A stretch of DNA of 62,748 nt. Origin: Klebsormidium nitens. Its lineage: Eukaryota; Plantae; Klebsormidiophyceae. Positions within the stretch are counted from its first letter, which is position 1; every line of letters begins with the position of its first letter. This document shows, one piece after another, positions 23,554 through 37,000 of the stretch. Both the position numbers and the translations under genes were made by a program. The notes beneath the pieces were generated by a model. That model made no database searches, was not told where the DNA came from, and saw only the letters and a program-made list of their open reading frames with translations. Location of the stretch: NCBI GenBank assembly GCA_000708835.1, contig DF237478.1, forward strand, positions 1-62,748, read 5' to 3'.

Positions 23554-26500
23554 TCAGTGCCACACCCCCCCTGCTCCGAGCCCCCCCCTCGCAGTGTCCT
23601 CCAGTCCTCCGAAGTGTCCCATGTCATCGGCCCCAAACGTGTCCCGGAACCACGCATCCATGTTATCGCCGTCCCTGACCCCGTTCCTGCCCCCCCCATC
23701 TCGCACGGCCCCTGGGTCCAATCCTCCCGCGTCAAACTGACCCGATCCTGGGAACCAGTCCCCCCCCCCCGCACCGTGCTCTGCCTGCCCCGCCTGCTCC
23801 GGGCTGCGCTCCCGCTCCAGGTACCCCCGCCACGACATGTCGTCCTCGAGGCCCCCCATGGCGAAAGGATCAAATTCGGCCGGCCTGCCCCGCGCTGCGC
23901 CTGTGTCGCCACATTCCCCCGGCCCAAAGCCAGGGGGGTGGCTGTCCCCACCCGAGGGGCCCACGCCCCCGCCAAACCGGTCGTAATTGGAGCCTCCAAA
24001 CCCGTTCCTCGGATCAACAGCATCCGTCTGTCTGGCCAACGTGGCCCCTCCGCCCGGCAGACTGGCAGCACCGTATCCTGCCCCCCCAAAGCCGTTCCTT
24101 TGCTCTGGCGGCGCTGCGTACAGGTCTCCCCCGCTGCGGCTCGCGAAGTCCCCCCAGCGCGCGGGGCTGGACGTGCGGTTGGTGCGCTGCCCCTTGGGGT
24201 GGCCGCTCGCTGCCACCTTTCGGGGGGGCCAGCTGGGCACGAGGCCCTCGCCCCCACCGCGCCCCGCCTCCGCGTACCTCCTAAAGCCCGGCCCCCGCGA
24301 CACCTCCGAGTTCGAATGTACAAACGAAGGAAGCCGGCGCCCTGCTTCCGAGCTTGCCCCCGGCTGAGCGCCGAATCCCGGAGAGCGCGGCATCGAGAAC
24401 GCTACGCTGACCCCCGTGTCGAAGGCGGGCGCTGCTACGAAGCCCCCCTCCAGTGGCGGGGGCCCCGCCCCATGCCGCGGCTCTGCCAGGCCCGGAACTC
24501 GCGCCTCCCCCCAGTACCTCTCCCCCCCGCCCCGTCCCCACAGCCCCTCCCCCTGGGCGGCTCCCCCCGCATGTGCGTCCGCAGTGTGGGGGCTGCTTTG
24601 CCGCTGCCCCTCCGACGCCGGTGCCCCGCCTGATACGGACGGCCCGTCTGCCGCCGCAGCCGCTGCCAGCAGGTCGTGCAAGCCCCGCGCCTCGAGCTGC
24701 GCGGGCCCCTGCTCCGCGGCGCCCCCCGCCCCGCCCCACCCGTTGGCGCTCTTCTTGTCTGCCGGCCGCGCCGCCACCACGAGGTCGTCGTCGTCGTCGC
24801 TGTCGCTGAGGTCGATCACCAGGTTCTTGCCCGTGCCCCCCTCGTCCGCCGCGAGCGCCTTGTTGACGTCGCTCTTGCGGTCGCTACTGCCCCCATCCGT
24901 ATCAGTCCTCGCCAGCTTCGCCGGCCGCTCTGCCGTTCCATTCTCGTGCCGCTCGATCTGCCACGCCCCCTGCGCGTCCCCCCTGTCCCGCTTCAGCCGG
25001 ATCTTCAGGATGCCTGACCCTCGCCGGCCCTCGTCCTCCTTCTTCACCACCGGCGCCGGCTGCTCCTCTGGCGGGGGCGCCACGTACGTCGTCTCCTCGG
25101 GCTTGTGCCACCGCGGCTGCACCCCCCCCGCCGCCTTCTTGGCGTCTCCGCTGAGAAACGCGCGCCAGGCGCCGTCGGGCGCGATCTCGAGGTCGGTGTG
25201 GTCGCTGTCGTGCTCGGCGCTGAAGACGGCGAGCACGCGGTGGAAGTACGGGTCGATGATGAGATCGTCCAGGCTGCAGTTGTGCAGGCAGTGCGGGCAC
25301 TGCCACTTGCGCGCGCGCCGGTTCATCTCCACCAGCGTCGGCAGGTCGAAGCACGCCAGGTGGCTGCACGACCGGAAGCGGCCGGGGACCTGAATGCGCA
25401 CGCCGCTCATCTGGGGAACAAAAGAGGCATCCCGTCAGACTCCACTGTGCCAGTCTGCGCTATCTGACGAGAAAATGATCACTTCTGCTTGAAACACCTC
25501 GTGTTTCCTGTGAGCTCCGTGACTTGCCACTCGCAGCAAGCTGACTACACGGGCTGTGTACAGCGCCACACAAGAACCCAATAAGCCTCGGCACGGGTAC
25601 GCACCGGGTCGCGCACGGAGACGGCCGACTGCAGCGTCATGAGCTCGTCGTCGCTGTCGTCGGCGTCGCCCCCACTGCCGGCCACCACCCGCTTCACCCG
25701 CGCCAGCGCGTCCTCGAAAGTTTCGCCCTCCTCCGGCCCAGGGACGCGCGCCATGATCTGCACGGTCACAACGGCCGCAGGTGAGACGCTCGCTACCGCA
25801 GGGTATCATCTGAAGCGGACATTCATGCTACAGCCGAATGGCGCTTGAGGCATCCTGGTGAAGGCCAACGAAGCAGATACTTGCCCTAATTCGGGAAGAG
25901 AGGCGAATCTCGTAGGAAAGTAGAGATGACGGCAGCCCTCCACTAAGCTTACAAGATCTTAAGGGCCGTCCGCCTTTCAGGGGAGGAAGAAAGGAAAGCA
26001 CGAAACGGGCGGTCAGCGGCATGACGGGAGTGGCTGTGGCGGAGTCTCACCTCCTCCAGAGACCGCTTCTCGATGATGCGTACGCCCACACAAAAGGGCC
26101 GGTCATCATACGCGGACAGGGAGAGCCGGTTGAGGCCATCGCGTGCCACGGTGGCAATCTGCACAACCACCCAGGGCGAGTCAGGCGACGTCGATTGCAG
26201 CAACGGCCACTGCCACTTCCTGGTGCGTCTCACTGCAGCCACATTCCGCTTGCTCGGGCTAGGCAACCAGCAACCGACTCCGCAATTGTCAAAAAGAGCA
26301 GGGGCAGCACGAATTGAGCCACCCACCAACCGTATGGCCATGCTGAACGCTTTTCAACAGCCAATGTGGACACTGTGGTTAATAGACCGCTCAGCTTCAG
26401 CAATCCAAACACACTGCGTTCACCACGTATTGAATCGCTACCTCCACAGATATCACTCGCTTCACATTCCCCCGATTCGATCGCTGCTTCCCGCCGTCAG

Positions 26501-27723
26501 GCTAGCGACATTGGCCCGAGAGAAGCTGGCACTACACTCACGCTGGGAGTCTCATCCCGGCCTCCTACGCCTAGTTTCTGCTGGCCCTGCCGGCCCGTCA
26601 CGCGCACCACCATGCCGTTTATGCGCAGGTCCGGATACGCGGGCCAGTGGCACCGGTACGGCACGGGGTCGTTCAACAGCACGCTGTACACCTGGAGCCA
26701 CGCGCAGCGCCGTCAGACGACCGTCGTCAGACATCGGCAGCTTGCATGTCACACGTCGGGCAGTGTCTGCCGAGCAGCATTGCTGCTTGGCCAAGACATT
26801 CAAGGGGCAAGCGTGGTTTGCCAGGCGCCCTCGCAACAGACAACAGAAGGACGATGACGTGGACAAGAGCTTTCCAATCAGAGTTTACGGCAGCCTCCAT
26901 TAACTCTATTAGACGCTTTGAACACTCTCACACAGCAAGGGCCTGCCCAACGTGCTATCACTAGCCAGAACCGAACACTGAAATCCCCATGACACGCTGT
27001 CTCAAACGCAGCTTATACTTCCGCACAAATGCATCAACAAGGAATCGCATGCCCCCACCCCCGCGTTGTGAAACGTACTTGCAGGTCGTGGTCCGGGTTG
27101 AGCAGCATTTCCCGGTGCGCGGCCGACAGCTGGAACGTGCGTTCCACCTGCTGCATCATATTGTCCCCGCGCACCGGCGCCACCAGCGGCGGCCGCAGCT
27201 TGGCCGCAGGGAGGGGCTGCGCGACGGCCACCGAGAAGGGATCCCCCTTGGCCAGCCGGCATGCCTCGCAGCGGAACTCCCCCAGCGCGGAGGCATCGTC
27301 GAGGGCCACGCACTTGTTGTGCTGCCACACGCGGCAGTCGCAGCACTGCGCCATGGCCCCCTGCGCCACCAGCGTGTGGCACACGCACCGCACAACCCCC
27401 TCGCGCTTGGGGGGGCGCGGTTCCCTCTTCTCGGGGGTCCTGGCGGCGCCCCCCCGGTGCCAGGCCTGCCACACGTCGTCCACCGCGCGCTCCACCGCCT
27501 CCTTGCTCACATGGCGGGAGCGGCCCATGGCCGCAATGGGGAAAGAGTCCCAGGCCTCCCCGTCGGAGGGGGGCGCCTCGAGGGCCTTGGCAATGCGGTC
27601 GAGGAGCACCGCCTTGGCGCCCACGCGCGGCAGGCCGAGGCGCGCCAGCACCTCCTTCAGCTCCTTCAGCCGCAGCTGGGGCAGCCGCCCCTGCACAAAC
27701 ATGGCGGACCGAACCTGAGACAC
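23554..27723 (-). CDS. SIZ1: SIZ1/PIAS-type SUMO E3 ligase (SAP, PHD, PINIT, SP-RING, SIM, long low-complexity tail)
   Basis: SAP: LRLKELKEVLARLGLPRVGAKAVLLDRI. PHD: VRCVC..CCDCRVWQHNKCV..FRCEACR. PINIT exons at 25910-26750. SP-RING: GRFRSCSHLACFDL..KWQCPHC..LIIDPYF. SIM-like LVIDLSDSDDDDD. The true first exon was not resolved. Confidence 0.92.
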
Positions 27724-28814
27724 GAGCGCCAGGGGGGGCGAAGCGAGGGAGTGCCCACTTTGTCAAGGGATGCATATCTAAGATGTCAAGGAGCATTGCC
27801 CGACGACCACGAAATTGAGCCGAGGAGGGGATCAAGGCGCGTGCCAATGACCTGATCTAGCGGCTCCAGACCTTGAACAACTCTGCTGCATGCAGTGACC
27901 TTGCACTAAGAATTTTCACCAATGTCTAACACTATGTTGCTCGAAGGCAACCTACCCCATACTTGGGTAAACCCTAAAAGAGGTCAGAAAGGTTGGACAG
28001 AAGCAAGCAATCAGTAAGTGCGGCCTCGTCAAAAGCCTCAAACTTAGCGAGACATGATCTGTGCAGTCGACTACAAGATCTGAAACACCCCAACAAGTTG
28101 CCCGCTGGTTTAGATTTGCCTCGTCCAACCAAACTCCCGAGTGTGCACGCTACTCCAGGTGAGAACTTTCATTAATGTCTTCAGGATGAACAAGCCAGTA
28201 CGCTGAGAAATTGATTCAGGTGGATGCGGCCCAGTGATAAATCGAAAATAGTAATCCAAGCCACGGCAGGAGGGCTGGTGGGCCGCGCGGTCAAGAGAAG
28301 CGACAAGCCAATCAAGTCGGACGCCTGTGACCTCAAGAGGTCTGGCATGACCTTTTGAAGATTTGTGGTCGTAAATAGAACACCCGAAGCCCACAACCCG
28401 GCGGTAAACAATCTCAGAGTAAACCTTACTTGAACAGTGTGCAACATCCTACAAGATGTTTAGGCAGCCAACCTGTCTAAGTGAGTCTGCAAAGACTGGC
28501 ACAAAAGTGCATATGATGCACCCTCATGCAGCTCGATGGGAAGGCCCCAGCAATCTAGCTCCTCAGATTAGGGACCCAACACTGTCTAGCAAAACACCCA
28601 AATGGGAAGTCTCCTGTAATCTGCGTGGGATCCCGCACGAAGCAGAAGAGGCTCACCTGGACTCGACCATCCAGGCTTTGCATGCTGCAAACTTCCCGGG
28701 GCTACTCTCACGAGTCTGACTGCTCCCTTCAGACAGAGGACGTCCTGTAAGAACGTTGACTGCTGCGTGTCAAACTAAGATGTCAACTGCTGATAAGGTA
28801 ACCTCGTAAGCCAA

Positions 28815-29525
28815 GTGGCGGAACCATGTCGGCGAAGTAGCCGCATCCAAGAAGTGCCCGACGCCCCTAACAGCTTGCAAGATAAGAGATTCACACTGGC
28901 AGATCAGAGACTGCTTCTAGCAGGGGTCCCGAGCTTTGCCCCGTCCTTGCCGCTCTTTGAGTATGCGTACTTTATCCCAGAGAATCTGCATGATGGCGCT
29001 TCGGCCAAAACCATTTTGACGGTCTCCTTCAAGGAGTCCTTCCGCAGCCCCTTCACAGATCATGTTCCTGGCCAGCTGTAGGCCCTATATAGAGGCATTA
29101 TTTGCAGGTTGCTCCTGAAACTAGGCAACGGCGAGTATGTTACTTGACGGTAATGGTTTGAAGACCTACAGTAGTGACTGACAAACAGGCGCGGCCGCCG
29201 CGCCGCGGCCGCCGTGTGTCGGACAGTCACAGTGGGTCACACCCCTGCAGTCATGCAGTACGCACGCTTCTGGGGCTTTGACACCACCGTCCTTTTCTTT
29301 CCCCAGTTGGCAGGCTGTGTCAAGACAAAATTCGGGAACGCGACGACGCCCTCACTTTACTTACCTGAGGGCGTCGCCAGCAAAAGTTTAGGGTCCGCAT
29401 TTGCGGTTGCCAGAGAGCATTTAATGCTAACCCCATCGGACGATCCAAAGGGTCAAAGTTGGGGGCTGCCCCCATCGATCGACGGTTCGAACTTTTTCTG
29501 GCGGGTCCAAGAGCGTGCGTACTGA
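28815..29525 (+). other. Possible small spliced gene or relic, product unknown
   Basis: Two protein-like ORF blocks (28815-29081, 29214-29525) plus a 27-nt segment (about 29108-29134) bounded by TTTGCAG and GTATGT. No family recognised. Confidence 0.25.
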
Positions 29526-29548
29526 CTGCCTGGCATGATATTAATTAA

Positions 29549-30190
29549 GGTGGTAAGACGGTATTCGACAGTGGGAGCATGTTCAAAACCCTAAAACTTG
29601 ATGTAGACATCATGGATTTGCATTCCGTTTTTTCGAGGTGGTTAAGGGCATTGAGAAGCATGTTTGAAGGCCCCTCGAGCTATGATACAACATGGTAGAG
29701 CACAACGAAGCTCTAGAGAAGTTGGCAAAATGTGCAGTTTTCGCTGCAGGACCCCGCCGGCAAAACGGCTCCATAGGNNNNNNNNNNNNNNNNNNNNNNN
29801 NNNNNNNNNNNNNNNNNNNNNNNNNNNNNNNNNNNNNNNNNNNNNNNNNNNNNNNNNNNNNNNNNNNNNNNNNNNNNNNNNNNNNNNNNNNNNNNNNNNN
29901 NNNNNNNNNNNNNNNNNNNNNNNNNNNNNNNNNNNNNNNNNNNNNNNNNNNNNNNNNNNNCCCTACGGAGCCGTTTTGCCGGCGGGGTTCTGCAGCGAAA
30001 ACTGCACATTTTGCCAACTTCTCTAGAGCTTCGTTGTGCTCTACCATGTTGTATCATAGCTCGAGGGGCCTTCAAACATGCTTCTCAATGCCCTTAACCA
30101 CCTCGGAAAAACGGAATGCAAATCCATGATGTCTACATCAAGTTTTAGGGTTTTGAACATGCTCCCACTGTCGAATACCGTCTTACCACC
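29549..30190. mobile_element. Kolobok-type non-autonomous DNA transposon with long TIRs
   Basis: 29549-29777 and 29961-30190 are reverse complements with about 3 mismatches; termini GGTGG...CCACC; TTAA on both sides (29545-29548, 30191-30194). The centre is an N gap. Confidence 0.75.
29778..29960. other. Assembly gap (183 N)
   Basis: Run of n between the two inverted-repeat arms. Confidence 1.
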
Positions 30191-31035
30191 TTAATAGCGA
30201 CCGCGGGGATTCAACCTAGCCTGAGACCGTCATTTCTTTTACCACAAATCAGATCGAGCGGCGCAAACTTAGGACCTGCGCTGAACCCTAAAACTCGCCT
30301 TGACCCGACTTCCGGTTCAAAATTTGAATCAGCCGGCATGGACGCACATGGGTACAGCCCATGAATGACCCCCGTGACCCAGGCCCTGCAAATGAATGCC
30401 GATGTCTGGTGCAGCTGAAGACCGAGTGGTAACCGACGGGGACTATGATTGAATGTTTAGGCCGGTCGAACCAGCGCGGTATACTATGGACCGGGCAATT
30501 AAACCAGTCGATGTACAGTCTGTGATAGTGCCCGGTGGTCTAGCCGATGGTATAGCTAAATTAGCTCTCAGCCTACAAAGTTGAGCTAGGGCCGAGCCGC
30601 CCCTAACACCAAAGTTCCGACCTACGACAGGTGGCGGTCTGTGAATGGATCTTATCCTGCAAACGAATTTTGCTGAAATGCCCCGACCACTTCTCCATCA
30701 AGCAACCGGTGTGGAGTTAGGGGCGGGGTTGCAAGCTACTTTAACAACGCTATGAAACCGGTAATTCTTCGACTTAACTCCGTACATGAGTTGGAAGAGT
30801 TTTCAGAAGTTTTGCATGTTCGCCAACAAATGGACTCACAGTATTACCATCTTGCACCACAGATTACATGTGTAACGTGACAGGTGCAGGCTGGCAGAGC
30901 AAAGCCTCGATCGGCTGCGATGGCCAAGCCAAGGTTGATCTCAGTCAATGTACATAAGCTTGACAATGTTGATTGTGACAAATTCACACAGCTGTACATT
31001 TGGTGACAACCGCGTGCCCAAAGATAAAATGCGCC

Positions 31036-34000
31036 CTATTTGTTGATAGTCCTCAGTTCCCAAGTTCCTGCACCATCTACTAACCGGAGTTCCATACTAT
31101 GGTAGGGAATCAAACCCGGTCGCTGCACACAAAGAGGGGCAGCGTGAGTCATTAAGCAGTACGTGTGAAATCCAACGATAAGAAAGGCCGTGGCTTCTTC
31201 ACGCATTTCGGCAGGCACGGAACCGTAAAGATGCTCTCAACACGCGAGCAGGCGAGGCAATGGAGCCATTTAGAGATATTGAGGGATGTATCCTTGTCAA
31301 CGAAGAGGGATGTATCCTTGTCAACCACCACCCGGTGCCCCGCACAATTGACGGGTGTGCGCGCGCACCTGTGAGATGGTGATGACGGTGATGCCGAGCG
31401 TCTGCGCGGTGCGGTACAGGTACTCCTCCACCTCCACGCTCGTCGCGTTGGTGCACTCGTCCAGCACGCCGAACTTAGGCCGGTGGAAAAACAGCCGCGC
31501 CTGCCACACAAACCCTCACGTCACCGACTGTGCGAACGCTTTGCTCAGCACAGGCCTGCGTCTCAAGATAACATCACGCGGACTGCTTTATGAAGGGTGT
31601 CGCAACCCGGAAATAATGCTTTCTGCAGAGATGGCAAACATCGAGGAGTCGGCCCTCCTGTGCGCGGGGCTATCTCACCATGCCGAGCCGCTGCTGCTCC
31701 CCGAGGCTGAGCATGTCCTCCCAATTGGCGGTCGCGTCCCAGCCGCCCTCCCGCTGCAGCAGGTACGCCAGCTTCACGTCCTCCAGCACCGCGTGGAGCC
31801 GCTCGTCCAGCGCCGCCACCGGGCTGCCTGCACCCAGCACCCCCGCGCAAGTGATGAGCATCCACTATGAAAGCTGAGAGGAGGACGATGTTATCAAGCC
31901 TTGGGAGTGCCTCGAAGACCCGCTGACTTAGCTGCAGACGTCCAGAGTCTAGATCGACTGATGTGCCCAAAAAGTGGCACGAGCAGCGGCAGTACTAAAA
32001 TATTTTAAGCTGGTACACAGGAAATCAATTTCGAAAGTAGTCGAGAGTCTACTCGGCAAGCGAGCTCTACAGCTGATCCGCATAAACAGTCTTGCAAAGC
32101 GCCATGCTCGTCGTGTCTCAAGCCTTGCCACCGGCTGGCAAGACCAGTCCGTCGGGCGCACCTGCGGTGGCCCCGCCGCCGCGCCTCTCCTCGGCCTGCT
32201 GCATTTCGGCCGCGGCCTCGTCGGCGGTGAGGGGGTAGATGAGCTGGTCGCGCAGCGTGCCGACGGCGGTGTACGGCTTCTGGGGCACGTAGAAGATGTC
32301 CTTGCTCAGCCCCGTCGCCGCGTTCACACCCGGCTTGGAGATGCGCCCCGACACGAGCGGCCACAGGCCGCCCAGCACGCGGAAGATGCTGCTCTTGCCG
32401 CTGCCGTTGGGGCCTGGCCAGGGGAGGTGAAGCGATGGCGGATAAGAGAAAGAGACAGGATAGCGACGGAAACGGGAAGCAGGGACTGGAGCCGGAGGGC
32501 AAATCGGGGAGCTTGGGAGGGTGGCCGCAGTAGTTGCCAGAGATCAGCATAGAGGCTTGATGAGCCGGGGACTGTGCATCAGCATAAACAAGAGGGTTTG
32601 ATCATATCTGAGGTCTGAAAGCTGCCACCCGCACACGAATACGATATTCAACACCAAGCAACGCTACCGCACCCAATGCTATCGCCCACCCCGCCAAGGC
32701 TCACCCGTGACGAGGACCGCATTGCCGGGGCGTATCCGCAGCGTGAGCTTGCGCGCGAGCATCTTGCGGTTGGGCGTCACGACGTCGACTTGCGTGAAGG
32801 CAATCTCGTCCTTTGGGGAGCCGCGCGTGGCGTACAGCATCTCGAGGGCGGGCCCGCGCGACGCCTCGATCAGCTCGAGCGCGCTGGGGGAGGGCGACAC
32901 GTGCGCGAGCGGCGCCTCCTCGTCGTGCTGCGCCTCCTGCAGCAGCTCCAGCAGCTCCGACACGCGGGTCACCCCGCCCGACAGCTCCAGGAACCGCCTG
33001 CACCAAGCACAGCGGGAGAGTCGGCGCTATTTGCCAGGAGTCGTAAAAAGTCGGGAAGCGACAGAAACGAAATGCTCGATGAAAAGACTCAGTTTTGTGC
33101 GCTCGCTTGTTCCGCTTACAACGAAGCGGTGAGTAGGGAGGTCCTAAGAAACAACTCGCTTCGTCTGCTGTGACGGTGATGACGAGAATGATGTTCCAGA
33201 CTTTCCGCTTCCAGAAAACAGAAATACATATGGCTTTCGGTTCTTTGCGTAGCAAAACAACATAGCAAGGCGGCTCTTCGCCGGTCCATCTCTCTTCAAA
33301 AAGCCCAGATATTGCCAAGAGAAAAGAAGATACGATTTCCGCGTTTGGGCTTTCCGAGGGCATACGCTTTCTGTTCGTGATCAAGGAGCGAGCCTGCAGG
33401 AGGCATAACATACGGCTCAAGGACCATCTCCTTTCCAAGCCCTCACGCCCAACACTCTCTCAAACCCGCTCGCTTCTGGCTGTACCTGTAGAGCTCGAGG
33501 AGGTCCCCGAAGGCGAGGAAGGAGTGCGACACGACGGAGGCGAGAAAGCGCAGGTCGTGCGCGAGCGCCCCCTGCACTGCGGTGTCGGCGCGGTCGCCGG
33601 GGTGCCCGAGCGCGTACATCAGGCTGAGGCCCCACGTGACGTTGTGCGGCAGCTGCTTCGTCACGAACTCGTCCACCACGCCAAACGCCCACCGCACGCG
33701 CAGCAGCGTGCGCGAGTGCGACAACAACGAGCTGAACCGGCCCTGCGCCACACCAGGGCGGAGGGGCGGTTAGCGGGGGTGGGGAAAGGGAGAAGTCTCG
33801 AGTAACTTCGGGTTTAGGTTTTAGTTTGTTTGAGCCCGGAGACTTTATTTAACTCAACATACACCCAACTCGACATTACATCGAGACTTATCGGAAAGGG
33901 CGGCCTTTGTAATTTGGGCTACGAAATACAGGAGGGAAGCGGAGAAGGGAAGGTAAAGGGGAAGGGGAAGAAAGCAGGCGGGCATACGAGCAATATCACC

Positions 34001-37000
34001 ATTATCGCGGCTAAGCCAAGAGTCGTGGAATAGGCAGAACGAGTTCAGGTGGCAGGCAGTGCTGAGGCGCTTTCAGCAACCGGGAGCACCCAGCGAGGCA
34101 CCACCTCTCCACAAGGTTTTGGCGCAGCGCATCGCATGTGCAATCTCTCAACGTGAATGGCGGCCTTACCTGCACCATGGCCTTCTCCCTGTCACCGCCG
34201 CCGAAGAAGGCGACCGACTCAGCGTGCGTGCGTAGGCGGGAGTGCAGGAAGCGGTAGGCGCCCTCCAGCGCCTGCTCCTTGCTGGTGAGCGCGCCCAGGT
34301 TGGGGGTGATGGCGCGCAGGAAACCAAAGCCCAGGATCATGTACGCGTACCTGCAAACAGGCGCACAACGGCCTCAGGCGGCGAGAGGCCGTACAGGTGT
34401 CCGTTCTCGGTCAATCATCGTGGCAGTGGACCTTAAAACCCTAGCACGGATATGTAACACATCTGCAGATCTTCCACGCACGACCCGCCTTGGCCTAAAC
34501 ACCGTTCCACAATCTTCAAGCCGCCCAAACAAGCGCTCGCACACGGGGTTTCAAAACTGGGCAGAATAGCCCATCGACCCCAGAGCCACGCTCGCACGGA
34601 GTACACAGTGTGATCGCTCACAGGAGGCCAACGCCGGTGCGGCCGGTGAGGGCGTGCATGCGCGCGGTGAACCATGCGATGTCGACAACGGGCTTGACCA
34701 TGGACGTGACGAGGCCCGCCAGGTCCTGGCACAGCTTGTCGACGTCCACCGTCAGCCGCTGGTCCGCGTCCGGTACCGTCTCTACTAAGTGGGTCGCCTT
34801 GTAGAACGCCAGGTTGCGGAAGTAGAACCCGGACAGGTGCTCCGTCAGACGCCGCCGCCACCCCAGCGCCAGCTTGTTCGTCAGGTGCCTGGAGACACCG
34901 GGGAGCAAGCCGCGTCGATGTATAGCAGCAGACTCGACAAGAGTACGGGACCAGGTTTGGAATCTGGGGAATTTCTTTGGCAACTGCTTATGGAGCTGAG
35001 AATCGTCTACGAAAACAAGGAACGGATCGTTGGGCATGCCTGAGCAGGCAGAAAGGGCTGCTGCACAGCCGAAGCGCAAAACGGCGAATAGGACGGGCTA
35101 GATCCGATGAGCGGGAATAAGGTTCGGCCGAGCACCGAGAGACTCTCAATGTGCACAGTGCGGAGCTTGCGATTCAGACAGAGAGGTCTTATCATTTGCC
35201 TTCACTGTCAACAAGTAGGTCGGATTCGCACGTTGTCGAGACGACAATGCGGTCGCCTTTCTTCTCCCGAAGCCCATCCGTTTCCAGAAAACCAAAAACA
35301 CAGCCGGTTTCGCTCGTTGCGCAACCGGCTCCGCGTCGCCCTACCTGAGCGAGGGTGCGACGATAGCAGACGCGAGGCTCTGCAACACGCTGATCCCGAT
35401 GAGGCGCGCAAAGGCGCGGCGGTCCTGCTGCAGCACGTTCTTGACGGACGTCCCGTTCAGGCTGGCGATGCGGTCGCTGAGCGCGGTGCGCGCCACCACG
35501 AGCCCCGCCAGCGCCGCCATGCGCGCGCCCTGTCCGTCCAGGACACGTGGCACCAGGATGCGGAACAGCGTGCGTAGCCGCGCCCACGTGGGCCGGGGCT
35601 CCGCTCTGGGAACGGGGACGATCGGGACCAGGGCCAGAGGGTCGGGGGCGGGCGAGCAGGCCAGCAGACGGCCGCGGTAGTTCTTCTCGACTTCCTCCTG
35701 CATGAGGGGAGGGGCGGTCAGGGCGCGATGCGGTCTTCCAAATCAGGAGGACAGGAGGCTTCTCTTGACAGACAAGAGCAGGAGCTGCATGAGGAGCGAA
35801 AGTATAGAGAGCGAGAAGTTACGGCACCTTTGTCGTGGCTCGATCAAACAAGAGTGAGCGAGTCAGACCGGGTGAGCGAGTCAGACCGAGTGAGCGAGAC
35901 ATGCAGACTGGGAGGACAGGGCGGTTCGACAATCTGCAAGATCTATCAAGGCAGGGGTGTGACATTCCGTCGTCCATCCTTGAAACGCTGCGCTCACTTC
36001 TTCCTCCAGCTTTCTGAACGAGAACGCCTTGAGGTTGTTCTTGGCGTCCGCTTTCCGGTCCGAGAGCGCCAGGTCGTCGCCCGCTCCCAGGCCGGCTAGC
36101 TTGGGGGACGTCGACGCGAGGCCGCTGCCGGTAAGCGATGCGGTAGAGGAGGAGCGCGAGACGCCGTCCTTCTTGTTGTGCACGCTCCAGCCGCCCTCCC
36201 CGTCGAGCGCGAGCACGATGTCGTGGAACGCGACCAGCGCGGGGCGGTGCGAGATGGTCACGCAGCTGGTGCCCATCTCGCGGACCTGGCCGTGGGGCAG
36301 GCCAACGATGAGGCGGGGAGGAGACGGTTGGGGCGGACAGATTGGCGAGAGACTGACCCCTCAAAACTCTGACCAATCATTATGAAACAGGCCGGAGAAA
36401 ATGCAGCTCAAACAGCAATGGTTTCGCAGGAGGATGAGCAGGGGCCCGGCAACCCGACGCGCGGTTTGACACTCGAATGGACTCGCTCGACATGCTGCGA
36501 AGACGATTAAAGGGCAGTCGTTCGATCCTCGTCGCGCTGTCAAGCTGTACCGCCAGTCTTCTCGCGCCCCTGGCGTGGCCTCACCTTGTGGCAGAAGCGC
36601 TCCTCCATGTCGGTCGTGACTGCGCTGGTGCACTCGTCCTGCACAGGGCCCACACACAGTGAGCTGACTGCACATCAGATGCTCCAAGCACTCTAATCAG
36701 CTGTTGCAGAGTAAAAGTGCTGCACAACAATCGTACAGCAAGTAAACGTGAGCAACAGTCAGAGCAGCACATAGGAGACAAGCTCAATCCCTTCCTCGAG
36801 TCTCCTTGCAGCGACACTACAGGGTTAGCAATCCCCAGATTGCGCACATTCCGGCCCGCCCTGGATTGTGTCCGTGCCTCACCAAGATGGCAAACATGGG
36901 CTCGTGGTAGAAGAGCCGCGCCATGCCCAGCCGCTGCTGCTCCCCCAAGCTCAGCTCCTGGGGAACACAGGAAGGCACTCATAATCAGCGCCAAGTTCAC

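Noticed and set aside
23443-25393. Long + strand ORFs (396 aa, 325 aa) opposite SIZ1
   Set aside because: Antisense shadows of a GC-rich coding exon; low-complexity Pro/Arg/Ala translations with no motifs. The same applies to many ORFs overlapping COBRA and ABCD1.
29610-30129. Four ORFs spanning the N gap, mirrored on both strands
   Set aside because: Artefacts of the inverted repeat plus untranslatable N run.
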